From the NCBI GenBank assembly GCA_035641605.1, contig DASQTZ010000044.1:1-42367 (forward strand): a stretch of 42,367 bases of DNA, given 5' to 3'. This DNA is from Gaiellaceae bacterium (GTDB lineage: Bacteria > Actinomycetota > Thermoleophilia > Gaiellales > Gaiellaceae). Every line of letters begins with the position of its first letter. Within the stretch, counting starts at the first letter, position 1. Below the pieces are notes generated by a model. That model worked only from the letters and a program-made list of their open reading frames with translations. It did not search any database and was not told the DNA's origin. Both the position numbers and the translations under genes were made by a program. Below are positions 8,214-15,217 of the stretch, in pieces.

Positions 8214-8846
8214 TCAGTACTGCTTCAGCTGTCGCCGGACGTGGTTGACGCGCTGGAAGACGGTCAGCCACGCCGTGACGTTGAGCAGGTAGACGGCCCA
8301 GGGCAAGAGCCCCCAGGGCGCCAGAAACAGTCCGCTGACGATCACGATCACCCGTTCCGCCCGACTGCCGATGCCGACATCACCCTTCAGGGTCAGAGCC
8401 TCAGCGCGGGCGCGTGTATAGCTGACTAGGAACGACCCGGCCAGTGCGGCGAAGGTGGCACCGAGCGCAATCTCGTTTCCGTCGCGCGTGAAGACCAGGC
8501 CGATGGCGCTGAGCATGACCGCCTCTCCGAGCCGATCCGTCGTCGAGTCGAGGAAGGCGCCGAACGGCGTCCCCTTGCCGCTCTGCCGGGCGAGCGCTCC
8601 GTCGAGGATGTCCAGCAGCGATCCGGCCCAGAAGAGCGTCGCCCCGGTCCAGAACCACAGCAGCTCGTTCCGGTCCTCAAAGTAGACGGCGACTGCGCCG
8701 GCGGCGCAGAGCGATAGCCCCAATGCGGTGAGCGCATCGGGCGTGATCCGGGTGCGTGCGAGGCCGACGATGGAGCGGGCGGCGACTCGCCGGACGCCCG
8801 TGGTGTAGCCCGCCTTGACTCGGGCCGCGCCGCCCTCGCGACCCAC
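8214..8846 (-). CDS. CDP-alcohol phosphatidyltransferase, phosphatidylinositol-phosphate synthase-like
   Basis: CDP-alcohol motif DILDGALARQSGKGTPFGAFLDSTTDRLGE (D-x2-DG-x2-AR...G-x3-D-x3-D) in a polytopic protein. The gene sits between a PAP2 gene and ino1. Confidence 0.85.
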   Translation of the reverse strand: MGREGGAARVKAGYTTGVRRVAARSIVGLARTRITPDALTALGLSLCAAGAVAVYFEDRNELLWFWTGATLFWAGSLLDILDGALARQSGKGTPFGAFLDSTTDRLGEAVMLSAIGLVFTRDGNEIALGATFAALAGSFLVSYTRARAEALTLKGDVGIGSRAERVIVIVSGLFLAPWGLLPWAVYLLNVTAWLTVFQRVNHVRRQLKQY

Positions 8847-9593
8847 TTACGTGGTGCGGACGAGCGCCCGCTTCACCGTCCGGCCGTGAATCACTGCGGC
8901 CGCGACGAGCACCACGGCGATGCCGGCGGCGATGTCGAGCCAGAAGTGGTTGGCGGTTGCCATAACGGCGAACCACACCCACGCCGGCCAGATCAGCCAG
9001 AGCGCTTTCAGCCAGCTGCGGCGGACGAGGATCGCCAGCGTGACGCCGACGATCAGTGCATCGGCGGCGTGAAGGCTCGGCATCGCCGCGTACGGGTTGG
9101 AGGCCAGCTCGACCAGGGTCGAGCCATGGTTTGCGGTCCCGACGGCCGCGAGCGTGTCCACGAAGCCGAGCTCGGGGAAGTAGCGCGGCGGCGCGGTCGG
9201 GAGTAGCACGTACCCGACCAGCCCGATCACGTTCGCGAGCATCAGCAGGTTGCGGAAGCGGATGAAGTGGCTGTAGTGGCGGAAGTAGACCCAGAGCAGC
9301 GCCAGTCCGACGACGGCGAACTGCGACAGCCAGTAGGTCCACGACGTCAGGAGGCCGAGCAGGTGAAACGACTCGGTCCAGCTCTGGAGCGAGAGCTCCC
9401 AGAGTCCCGTCGCGCGCCGCTCGAAGTCGATCACGCCGCGCGCGTTCTCGAAGGCAACCGACGGGCTCCGGTCGGCGATCCCGCGCACGACCTGATAGGC
9501 GAGCACGAACCCGAACCAGATCAGGATCTGGCGGAAGAGGTCGAACCAGCCGCGCGGTAGGACGCGGCGTTCGGCGGCGGCGACCGAAGTCAT
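8847..9593 (-). CDS. PAP2-superfamily membrane protein (PAP2_3 / Aur1-Ipt1 inositolphosphotransferase-like)
   Basis: Motifs NPYAAMPSLHAADAL and ATANHFWLDIAAG in a multi-TM protein. Its stop directly abuts the GTG start of the PIP synthase gene. Confidence 0.75.
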   Translation of the reverse strand: MTSVAAAERRVLPRGWFDLFRQILIWFGFVLAYQVVRGIADRSPSVAFENARGVIDFERRATGLWELSLQSWTESFHLLGLLTSWTYWLSQFAVVGLALLWVYFRHYSHFIRFRNLLMLANVIGLVGYVLLPTAPPRYFPELGFVDTLAAVGTANHGSTLVELASNPYAAMPSLHAADALIVGVTLAILVRRSWLKALWLIWPAWVWFAVMATANHFWLDIAAGIAVVLVAAAVIHGRTVKRALVRTT

Positions 9594-9634
9594 GAACTGA
9601 TTCTAAGCAGGCGCCCGGAGGCTGAGCATGGGAG

Positions 9635-10708
9635 TTACCCCCCGATCTGGCTCATCGAGCGTGATGCGCGGACGAAGCCGGGATCGTTGATCTTGTGCTT
9701 GAGCTCCTTGTGACGGATAGCCCAGCGGATTAATTCGGCCAGGTCGCCGTCTGTGGCTCCCTCGCGCAGCGGTGTCTTCAGATCCCACTCACGCCGGGAG
9801 AAGAGACAGGTACGAAGCTGGCCGTCGGCCGTCAGGCGGATCCGGTCGCACGACGAGCAGAACGGCTCCGAGACCGGGCTGACGAAACCGACCTCCCCGG
9901 CGCCGTCGGCGAACCGGAAGCGGCGCGCCGTCGACGACGCCTTGGCCGGGATCTCGACGAGCGGCCAGCGTTCCTCGATCAACGCGCGAATCTCCGCCCC
10001 AGTGAGCACGTCGTCGCCGTCCCACCGCTCGTCGGCGTCGAGCGGCATGAATTCGATGAAGCGGACGACGTACGGCTTCCGCCGGGCCAGCTCGGCGAGC
10101 GCGGGCACTTCCTCCTCGGTGAAACCGCGGATCGCGACGCAGTTCACCTTGATCGGCCGCAGCTCGCTGTAGCCCTCAGCAACCTCGAGCCCGGCGAGCA
10201 CGCGGTCGAGCGCGTCGCGCCGCGTGATCTCCGCGAAGCGGACGTGCGAGAGCGAGTCGAGCGAGACGTTCAGACGCCTGAGCCCGGCCTCGACGAGGGG
10301 GCCAGCGAACCGATCGAGGAGCACACCGTTCGTGGTCAGCGAGAGATCGGCGACGCCCTCGATCCCGGCGAGCAGCGAAACGAGCTTCGGCAGCTCGCGG
10401 CGGGCGAGCGGCTCGCCGCCGGTGAGCCGCACCTCGTCGACCCCCATGGACGCGAGCACGTGGACAACCCGCGCGAGCTCCTCGAAGGTGAGGAGTTCCT
10501 CCCGTCCGAGCCACTCCAGTCCCTCTGCGGGCATGCAGTAGCGGCAACGGAAGTTGCACTTGTCCGTCACCGAGACGCGGACGCTTTTGATCTCGCGGCC
10601 CCAACTGTCGACGAGCGGCTGCACGGACGGAAGGGTACCCCGAGGTTTGCGCGCTGACCGGTCGCGAAACACTGCTCCCACAGACTCTCTCGGAAAGGAG
10701 AGACGCAT
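9635..10708 (-). CDS. moaA: GTP 3',8-cyclase MoaA (radical SAM, molybdopterin biosynthesis)
   Basis: CNFRCRYCMP radical-SAM cluster, second cluster CSSCDRIRLTADGQLRTCLF and the C-terminal GG. The start is uncertain: ATG 10708, or GTG 10672 preceded by GGGAG. The longest ORF (10741) is unlikely. Confidence 0.9.
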   Translation of the reverse strand: MRLSFPRESVGAVFRDRSARKPRGTLPSVQPLVDSWGREIKSVRVSVTDKCNFRCRYCMPAEGLEWLGREELLTFEELARVVHVLASMGVDEVRLTGGEPLARRELPKLVSLLAGIEGVADLSLTTNGVLLDRFAGPLVEAGLRRLNVSLDSLSHVRFAEITRRDALDRVLAGLEVAEGYSELRPIKVNCVAIRGFTEEEVPALAELARRKPYVVRFIEFMPLDADERWDGDDVLTGAEIRALIEERWPLVEIPAKASSTARRFRFADGAGEVGFVSPVSEPFCSSCDRIRLTADGQLRTCLFSRREWDLKTPLREGATDGDLAELIRWAIRHKELKHKINDPGFVRASRSMSQIGG

Positions 10709-10877
10709 GTCCGATTGGCAGCAAGAAGGTACGGAAGGCACAGAGCAAGAAGGCGGCCAGCAGGAAGGCGGCCAGGGAACTCAACAAGAGGGCGGTCAGG
10801 GCGGCCAGGAAGGCGGCCAGGGCGGCCAGGAAGGTGGAGGCGGCTCGGAGGAAATGCCGGGCGGCCAGACGAGTTAG
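10707..10877 (+). CDS. Small acidic Gly/Gln/Glu-repeat protein (56 aa), hypothetical
   Basis: ATG preceded by GGAAAGGAGAG with a 6-nt spacer. Sequence MSDWQQEGTEGTEQEGGQQEGGQ..., built from GGCGGCCAG(GAA) repeats. Confidence 0.45.
   Translation: MSDWQQEGTEGTEQEGGQQEGGQGTQQEGGQGGQEGGQGGQEGGGGSEEMPGGQTS
10749..10868. repeat. Imperfect tandem 9/12-nt repeat GGCGG(C/T)CAG(GAA), about 7 copies
   Basis: Read directly: GAAGGCGGCCAG recurs at 10749, 10764 and 10809. GGCGGCCAG recurs at 10800, 10821 and 10860, with the variant GGCGGTCAG at 10791. Confidence 0.7.
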
Positions 10878-10938
10878 CCAGAAAAGGGGCGCCGGGCTTT
10901 CGGCGTCCCCTCCTTTCCCGGGAAACGGAGATCGAGCG

Positions 10939-11082
10939 ATGAGCGACGAACAAGACCTTCGGGAGGACACACCGCCCAAGCCGGACGACGAGACCTGGCA
11001 GATGGGCGACCCGCCCGAGGAAGGCAAGGAAGGCGAGCAACAAGATTCCGACTTCGAGGAGCGAGGTGGCCAGGGTGGCTGA
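10939..11082 (+). CDS. Small acidic protein (47 aa), hypothetical
   Basis: ATG preceded by GGAAACGGAG. Sequence MSDEQDLREDTPPKPDDETWQMGDPPEEGKEGEQQDSDFEERGGQGG, with G/C-rich third codon positions. Confidence 0.5.
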   Translation: MSDEQDLREDTPPKPDDETWQMGDPPEEGKEGEQQDSDFEERGGQGG

Positions 11083-11212
11083 GACCGAAACCCCGCGTGA
11101 AGACGAGTCGACTGAGACGCAGGACGAACCCGAGCCGTCTGCCGACCTCGACTGGGGCGACAACGAGCCGAGTCCACACCAAGGCGAAGAAGGACAGGAG
11201 GGCGAGGCATGA
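11066..11212 (+). CDS. Small acidic protein (48 aa), hypothetical
   Basis: GTG preceded by GAGGAG. It overlaps the end of the previous ORF, and its TGA overlaps the next ATG (ATGA). Sequence ...EDESTETQDEPEPSADLDWGDNEPSPHQGEEGQEGEA. Confidence 0.4.
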   Translation: MARVAETETPREDESTETQDEPEPSADLDWGDNEPSPHQGEEGQEGEA

Positions 11213-11388
11213 GCGAGCAAGAGGAACGCCGCGATGATCCGCTGCCCGATCCAGACGAGGACGACGTCGAGGTCGACACCGACATCGAGCGTCCAGTCGA
11301 GCCGGACCTGAGCCCTGGGAGGCTCGAGCCCGGCACCCCGGAGTCCCGGCCGGTCGATCCGCGCATCGGGCCGCCGATGATCGGTTGA
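11209..11388 (+). CDS. Small acidic Pro/Asp/Glu-rich protein (59 aa), hypothetical
   Basis: ATG preceded by AGGAGGG with a 6-nt spacer. Sequence MSEQEERRDDPLPDPDEDDVEVDTDIERPVEPDLSPGRLEPGTPESRPVDPRIGPPMIG. It is absent from the supplied ORF track, whose shortest entries are 60 aa. Confidence 0.5.
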   Translation: MSEQEERRDDPLPDPDEDDVEVDTDIERPVEPDLSPGRLEPGTPESRPVDPRIGPPMIG

Positions 11389-11405
11389 CCTCCTAGACTC
11401 GCCGC

Positions 11406-12284
11406 GTGGCGACCGCCGCGCTGATCCTCGTCGCGGCGGTCTGGGGCGTCACGTTCGTCCAGGTCAAGGACGCCGTCGAGCTGTATCCGCTCTTCGCGTT
11501 CCTGGCCGTCCGCTACTTGATCGCCTCCGCGGCGCTCGCGCCGACCGCGGCTCGGCGACTCCGCACCCTCGGGCGCGAAGGGCTGGTGGCCGGAGGAGTG
11601 CTGGGCGTGCTGATCGCGCTCGGGATCGGCCTGCAGACGGCGGGCCTCGAGCGGACGACGGTGACGAACACCGGCTTCATCACGGGGCTGTACGTCCTTT
11701 TCACGCCGCTGCTTGCACTCGCGCTCTTTCGCACGCGCATCCCGCGCGTGCTCTGGGCAGCTGTCGGCCTCGCGTTGATCGGCCTCGCGCTGCTCTCGGG
11801 AGTCCCTGAGGGCTCGGGCACCGGTGACCTGCTCGTCCTCCTGAGCACCGTCGCGCAGGCGCTGCAGATCGTGATGGTCGAGCGGTACGCGAATCGGTTC
11901 GACGTGTTCGCGCTCACTTTCGTCGAGGTGGCCACGGCCTGCGTGGCGTTCGGAGCGATCTCAGTGGCGCTTGGCGACCTCTCCGTTCCGCATGGAACGA
12001 CCGTCTGGGCGGCGTTGCTCGTGACCGGACTTTTTGCGGTCGCGTTCGCGATGCTCGTCCAGATCTGGGCGCAACGGCGGGTCAGCGCGACGCGGATCGC
12101 GATCATCTTTTCCCTCGAGACGGTGTTTGCCGGGCTGGCCGGCTATCTCTTCGCCGGTGACCGAATCGGTGTGGTCGGCTTTGCCGGCTGCGCTGCGATC
12201 TTCGCCGGCATCGTCATCGCCGAGTCGGCGGCCGCTGCGACGCTCAGGCGTTTCGCCTCGCCGGGCGTACGATCGGCCGCGTGA
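11406..12284 (+). CDS. EamA/DMT-family transporter
   Basis: Ten-TM-like hydrophobic protein with the duplicated EamA pattern and N-terminus WGVTFVQVKDAV. Confidence 0.85.
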   Translation: MATAALILVAAVWGVTFVQVKDAVELYPLFAFLAVRYLIASAALAPTAARRLRTLGREGLVAGGVLGVLIALGIGLQTAGLERTTVTNTGFITGLYVLFTPLLALALFRTRIPRVLWAAVGLALIGLALLSGVPEGSGTGDLLVLLSTVAQALQIVMVERYANRFDVFALTFVEVATACVAFGAISVALGDLSVPHGTTVWAALLVTGLFAVAFAMLVQIWAQRRVSATRIAIIFSLETVFAGLAGYLFAGDRIGVVGFAGCAAIFAGIVIAESAAAATLRRFASPGVRSAA

Positions 12285-12654
12285 ACGGCTGCGTGCGGAC
12301 CGTCCTCGGGGACGTGGAACCCAGTGCAATCGGGCCGACGTATTGCCACGAGCACCTGATGACACGACCCGCCGCCCGGTTGGCGACGATCTTCGCCTGT
12401 ACGACCGCGCCGAAGTCGTGAAAGCCGACACGTCTTCCGGCGGAGCCACGGTCGCTGAGGAACTGCTGCGCGCTTCAGCCGCAGCGCAACGCGAAAGCGG
12501 GGCGCCGATCACGACGCACACCACTGCGGGCACGCCCGGTTACCGCTACATCATCGACCGGTTTCTGCGGCACCTTCGGCCCGCCGGCCTCGAACAGGAT
12601 GCGGTGCGAGCGCTCGTCGTCGACAATTCGGCACGATTTCTTCGCTGGGGATGA
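12281..12654 (+). pseudogene. Decayed phosphotriesterase-family (PTER/Php-like) gene remnant
   Basis: The first frame gives VRTVLGDVEPSAIGPTYCHEHL (PTE N-terminal HxH motif) and then stops. A different frame gives ...GAPITTHT... and the C-terminal AVRALVVDNSARFL. The remnant spans about 124 codons, against the 300+ I would expect for this family, and contains a frameshift. Confidence 0.6.
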
Positions 12655-13568
12655 GCGAGCGGTTGCTGTTCATCGGCGTCTCGACCTCGGGGTCGAGCAT
12701 CTTCGAGCTCTTCCCCCGCTGGGCCGAGATCCTGGAGATCGAAGCACGAGTCGAGGGCTACGACATCGCCCTCGGCGCGCCGCCTGAAGCCTTCCGCGCC
12801 GCTGTCGAGCACATCGCCGGCGACCCTGCCGCACGCGGCGCCCTGGTCACGACGCACAAGGTCGACGTCTACCGCCACGCAAGCGGGCTCTTCGACGACT
12901 TGGACACGAACGCCCGCTTATGCCGTGAGGTCTCCTGCATCTCCAAGCGCGCCGGTTCGCTCGTCGGGCACGCGAAGGATCCGATCACCGCAGGCCGGGC
13001 GCTCGGTGAGTTCATGGCGCCGGGCCACTGGGCGAGCGGAGCGCACGGGCTCTGTCTCGGCGCCGGTGGCGCCGGGACGGCGATCGCGGTGCACCTCGCC
13101 GGCGGCGGGGAGCCGCCAGAGCGACTCGTCGTCACCGATACCGACGCCGGCCGGCTCGACACCCTTCGTACGGTCGTCGGCGAGCTCAGGTCGCGCGCCG
13201 ACGTCCGCCTAGAGCACGTCCGCTCCTCGGACGAGACCGACGCGCTGCTCGGGCAGCTTCCGCCCCGCTCTCTCGTCGTGAACGCCACCGGTCTTGGGAA
13301 GGACGCTCCGGGCTCGCCGATCTCGGACGACGCAACATTTCCGGAGCGTGGTGTGATCTGGGAGCTCAACTACCGCGGCGAGCTTCGCTTCCTGCGGCGG
13401 GCGTTGCACCAGCAGGAGGCGCGCCGCCTTGAGATCCACGACGGCTGGCGGTACTTCCTCCACGGCTGGAGCGAGGTCATCGCCGAGGTGTTCCACCTCG
13501 AACTCACGCCCGAGCGGTTCGAACTTCTCGCGGCAGCCGCCGAGCCGCAGCGGCCGGTTCCCGCTTGA
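12651..13568 (+). CDS. Shikimate/quinate dehydrogenase-family protein (divergent)
   Basis: AroE-like architecture: LVTTHKVDV (cf. NVTxPxK) and Rossmann motif GLCLGAGGAGTAIAVHL. The ATGA overlaps the upstream remnant. Confidence 0.65.
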   Translation: MSERLLFIGVSTSGSSIFELFPRWAEILEIEARVEGYDIALGAPPEAFRAAVEHIAGDPAARGALVTTHKVDVYRHASGLFDDLDTNARLCREVSCISKRAGSLVGHAKDPITAGRALGEFMAPGHWASGAHGLCLGAGGAGTAIAVHLAGGGEPPERLVVTDTDAGRLDTLRTVVGELRSRADVRLEHVRSSDETDALLGQLPPRSLVVNATGLGKDAPGSPISDDATFPERGVIWELNYRGELRFLRRALHQQEARRLEIHDGWRYFLHGWSEVIAEVFHLELTPERFELLAAAAEPQRPVPA

Positions 13569-13594
13569 CAGGAGCGCGCGACCTCTCATACGGT
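13565..13594 (+). promoter_or_regulatory. Candidate sigma-70-type promoter for the GntR-headed operon
   Basis: TTGACA (13565-13570), an 18-nt spacer, then TACGGT (13589-13594, which fits TANNNT). It lies in the only 43-bp gap upstream of a long run of overlapping genes. Confidence 0.45.
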
Positions 13595-13611
13595 CGTCCT
13601 GTACGGACAGG

Positions 13612-14433
13612 ATGCCCGACGCGAGCAACATCGTTCTGCCCGCCGTAGCGATCGATCGCCGGTCGCCGATCCCGTTCTACTTCCAGCTCACCGAGCTGCT
13701 GACGAGGGAGATCGAGACCGGGCGGTGGGCTGTGGGCGAGCGGCTTCCCTCGGAGCCTGCGATCTGCGAGCAGTTCGGTGTCTCACGGACCACGGTCCGG
13801 CAGGCTCTTATGGCGCTCGAGTCGGAAGGCCTCATCCGACGGGAGAAAGGCCGCGGCACGTTCGTGGCGGAGCAGGAGTCCGGCGGCTGGTTGCTCCAGT
13901 CCTCGCACGGCTTCTACGAGGAAGCGGAGCGGGCCGGGCATGCAGTCCAGTCGCGCGTGCTGGGCCGTAAGGTCGAGGCGCTCCCGGTCTGGGCATCCGA
14001 GTCGCTTCGCCTGCAGCCGGGAAGCGAAGGCGTGACCGTCGAGCGCCTTCGGTGGATCGACGAGCACCTCGTCATGTACGTGATCAGCCACTTCCCGGCG
14101 ACGGTCGCCGAGGCGCTGCTCCACGCCGATCTCGAAACAGGTTCGCTCTACCGGGTCCTGGAGGATCACCAGGGCTTGGTCGTCGCAGGCGGGCGCCGCG
14201 TGGTCGCGGCGACGAGAGCGGACCATAAGCTGGCCGAGCTGCTCGAGGTCGACCCCGGCTCGCCGCTTCTCTGTGTCGAGGCGGTGTCGTGGGACAACGG
14301 CTTGCAGCCGTTCGAGTGCTACCGAGCCTGGCACCGCGCCGACCGGACCAAGATCGAGGTGCGTGTTGTGCATCAGGAGACGGCCGCGAAGGTCGGCCTC
14401 GGTCTCGACGAGTTGCGGACGATCGGCGGGTAA
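13612..14433 (+). CDS. GntR-family (HutC/UTRA subfamily) transcriptional regulator
   Basis: wHTH segment PIPFYFQLTELLTREIETGRW..LPSEPAICEQFGVSRTTVRQALMALESEGLIRREKGRGTFV followed by a UTRA-like C-terminal domain. The start is ATG 13612, not the upstream ORF extension. Confidence 0.9.
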   Translation: MPDASNIVLPAVAIDRRSPIPFYFQLTELLTREIETGRWAVGERLPSEPAICEQFGVSRTTVRQALMALESEGLIRREKGRGTFVAEQESGGWLLQSSHGFYEEAERAGHAVQSRVLGRKVEALPVWASESLRLQPGSEGVTVERLRWIDEHLVMYVISHFPATVAEALLHADLETGSLYRVLEDHQGLVVAGGRRVVAATRADHKLAELLEVDPGSPLLCVEAVSWDNGLQPFECYRAWHRADRTKIEVRVVHQETAAKVGLGLDELRTIGG

Positions 14434-15170
14434 TGCGCTCGGCGATCGTCACCGGCGCAACGAGCGGAATAGGCCGAGCAGCAACGATGGCGCTCGCCGG
14501 CGCCGGGTGGTGGGTCCTTGCCTCGGGGCGCGACGGGGTCCGCGGTGAGGAGGTCGGACGGCAGCTGGGCGACGCAGGCGACTTCGTGGCCGGCGATCTC
14601 ACGGAGGCTGGCATGCCGGAGAGGCTGGTGGAGCGGACGGGCCCGAGGGCGCCGCTCGGCCTGCTCGTGAACTGCGCCGGGGCGCACTTCCTCGCGACGC
14701 TTCCGAACACTCGCCCGGAGCAGTGGGACGATTTGATGGCGCTCAACCTTCGCGCGGCTGCCCTGATGGCGCGGGCGGCTATCCCCCCGATGCAAGCCGC
14801 GGGCGGCGGCGTGGTGATCAATGTCTCGAGCGAAGCGGGGATCGCAGCCGTGCCCGGCCAGGTCGCTTACAACGTGTCCAAGGCCGCGCTCCTGATGCTC
14901 ACTCAGTCGATCGCCGTCGACCATGCGAACGACGGGATCCGCGCGGTCTCGATCTGTCCGGGCACAACGAGGACGGCGCTCGTCGAAGACGCGATCGCAT
15001 CGGCTCCGGACCCGCGGGCCCACGAGCAGTGGCTCGCCTCGGCGCGGCCCGCAAAGCGCCTGGGCAAACCGGAGGAGATCGCAGCGGCGATCGTCTTCGC
15101 GGCGAGCGACGAGGTCTCGTACATGACCGGCTCGCATCTCGTGATCGACGGCGGCTACACGGCGATGTAG
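14433..15170 (+). CDS. SDR-family oxidoreductase
   Basis: TGATSGIGRA cofactor motif, NCAG, and S...YNVSK catalytic residues. TAATG overlap with gntR. Confidence 0.9.
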   Translation: MRSAIVTGATSGIGRAATMALAGAGWWVLASGRDGVRGEEVGRQLGDAGDFVAGDLTEAGMPERLVERTGPRAPLGLLVNCAGAHFLATLPNTRPEQWDDLMALNLRAAALMARAAIPPMQAAGGGVVINVSSEAGIAAVPGQVAYNVSKAALLMLTQSIAVDHANDGIRAVSICPGTTRTALVEDAIASAPDPRAHEQWLASARPAKRLGKPEEIAAAIVFAASDEVSYMTGSHLVIDGGYTAM

Positions 15171-15217
15171 TCATGGCAGAGGCAACGACGACGGCGGAGA
15201 CGCCGAGGAGGTGGAGG

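Noticed and set aside
10749-10868. Short direct repeats considered as a possible CRISPR array
   Set aside because: The units are 9-12 nt and contiguous, with no spacers. They are in frame within a small ORF and no cas genes are present. This is a coding microsatellite, not a CRISPR array.
10673-10900. Possible Moco riboswitch in the moaA leader
   Set aside because: I could not recognise the conserved Moco-motif helices by eye. The region is also occupied by an RBS-preceded ORF on the other strand. A covariance-model scan (Rfam Moco_RNA_motif) would be needed to settle this.
10176-11366. 396-aa minus-strand ORF covering the moaA 5' region and the whole divergent gap
   Set aside because: Its 3' part overlaps moaA in another frame. 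The product is Ser/Arg/Pro/Leu-rich with no motif. The plus strand offers four ORFs with proper RBSs and coupled stops and starts.
9635-11388. A radical-SAM enzyme next to several small peptides could be a RiPP precursor/maturase locus
   Set aside because: The radical-SAM protein has every MoaA hallmark: CNFRCRYC, the second C-terminal Fe-S cluster CxxCxRxRLTxDGxLxxC, and the terminal Gly-Gly. It has no SPASM or RRE-like extension. The peptides lack Cys, Ser/Thr-rich cores and any leader/core organisation, and they are divergently transcribed.
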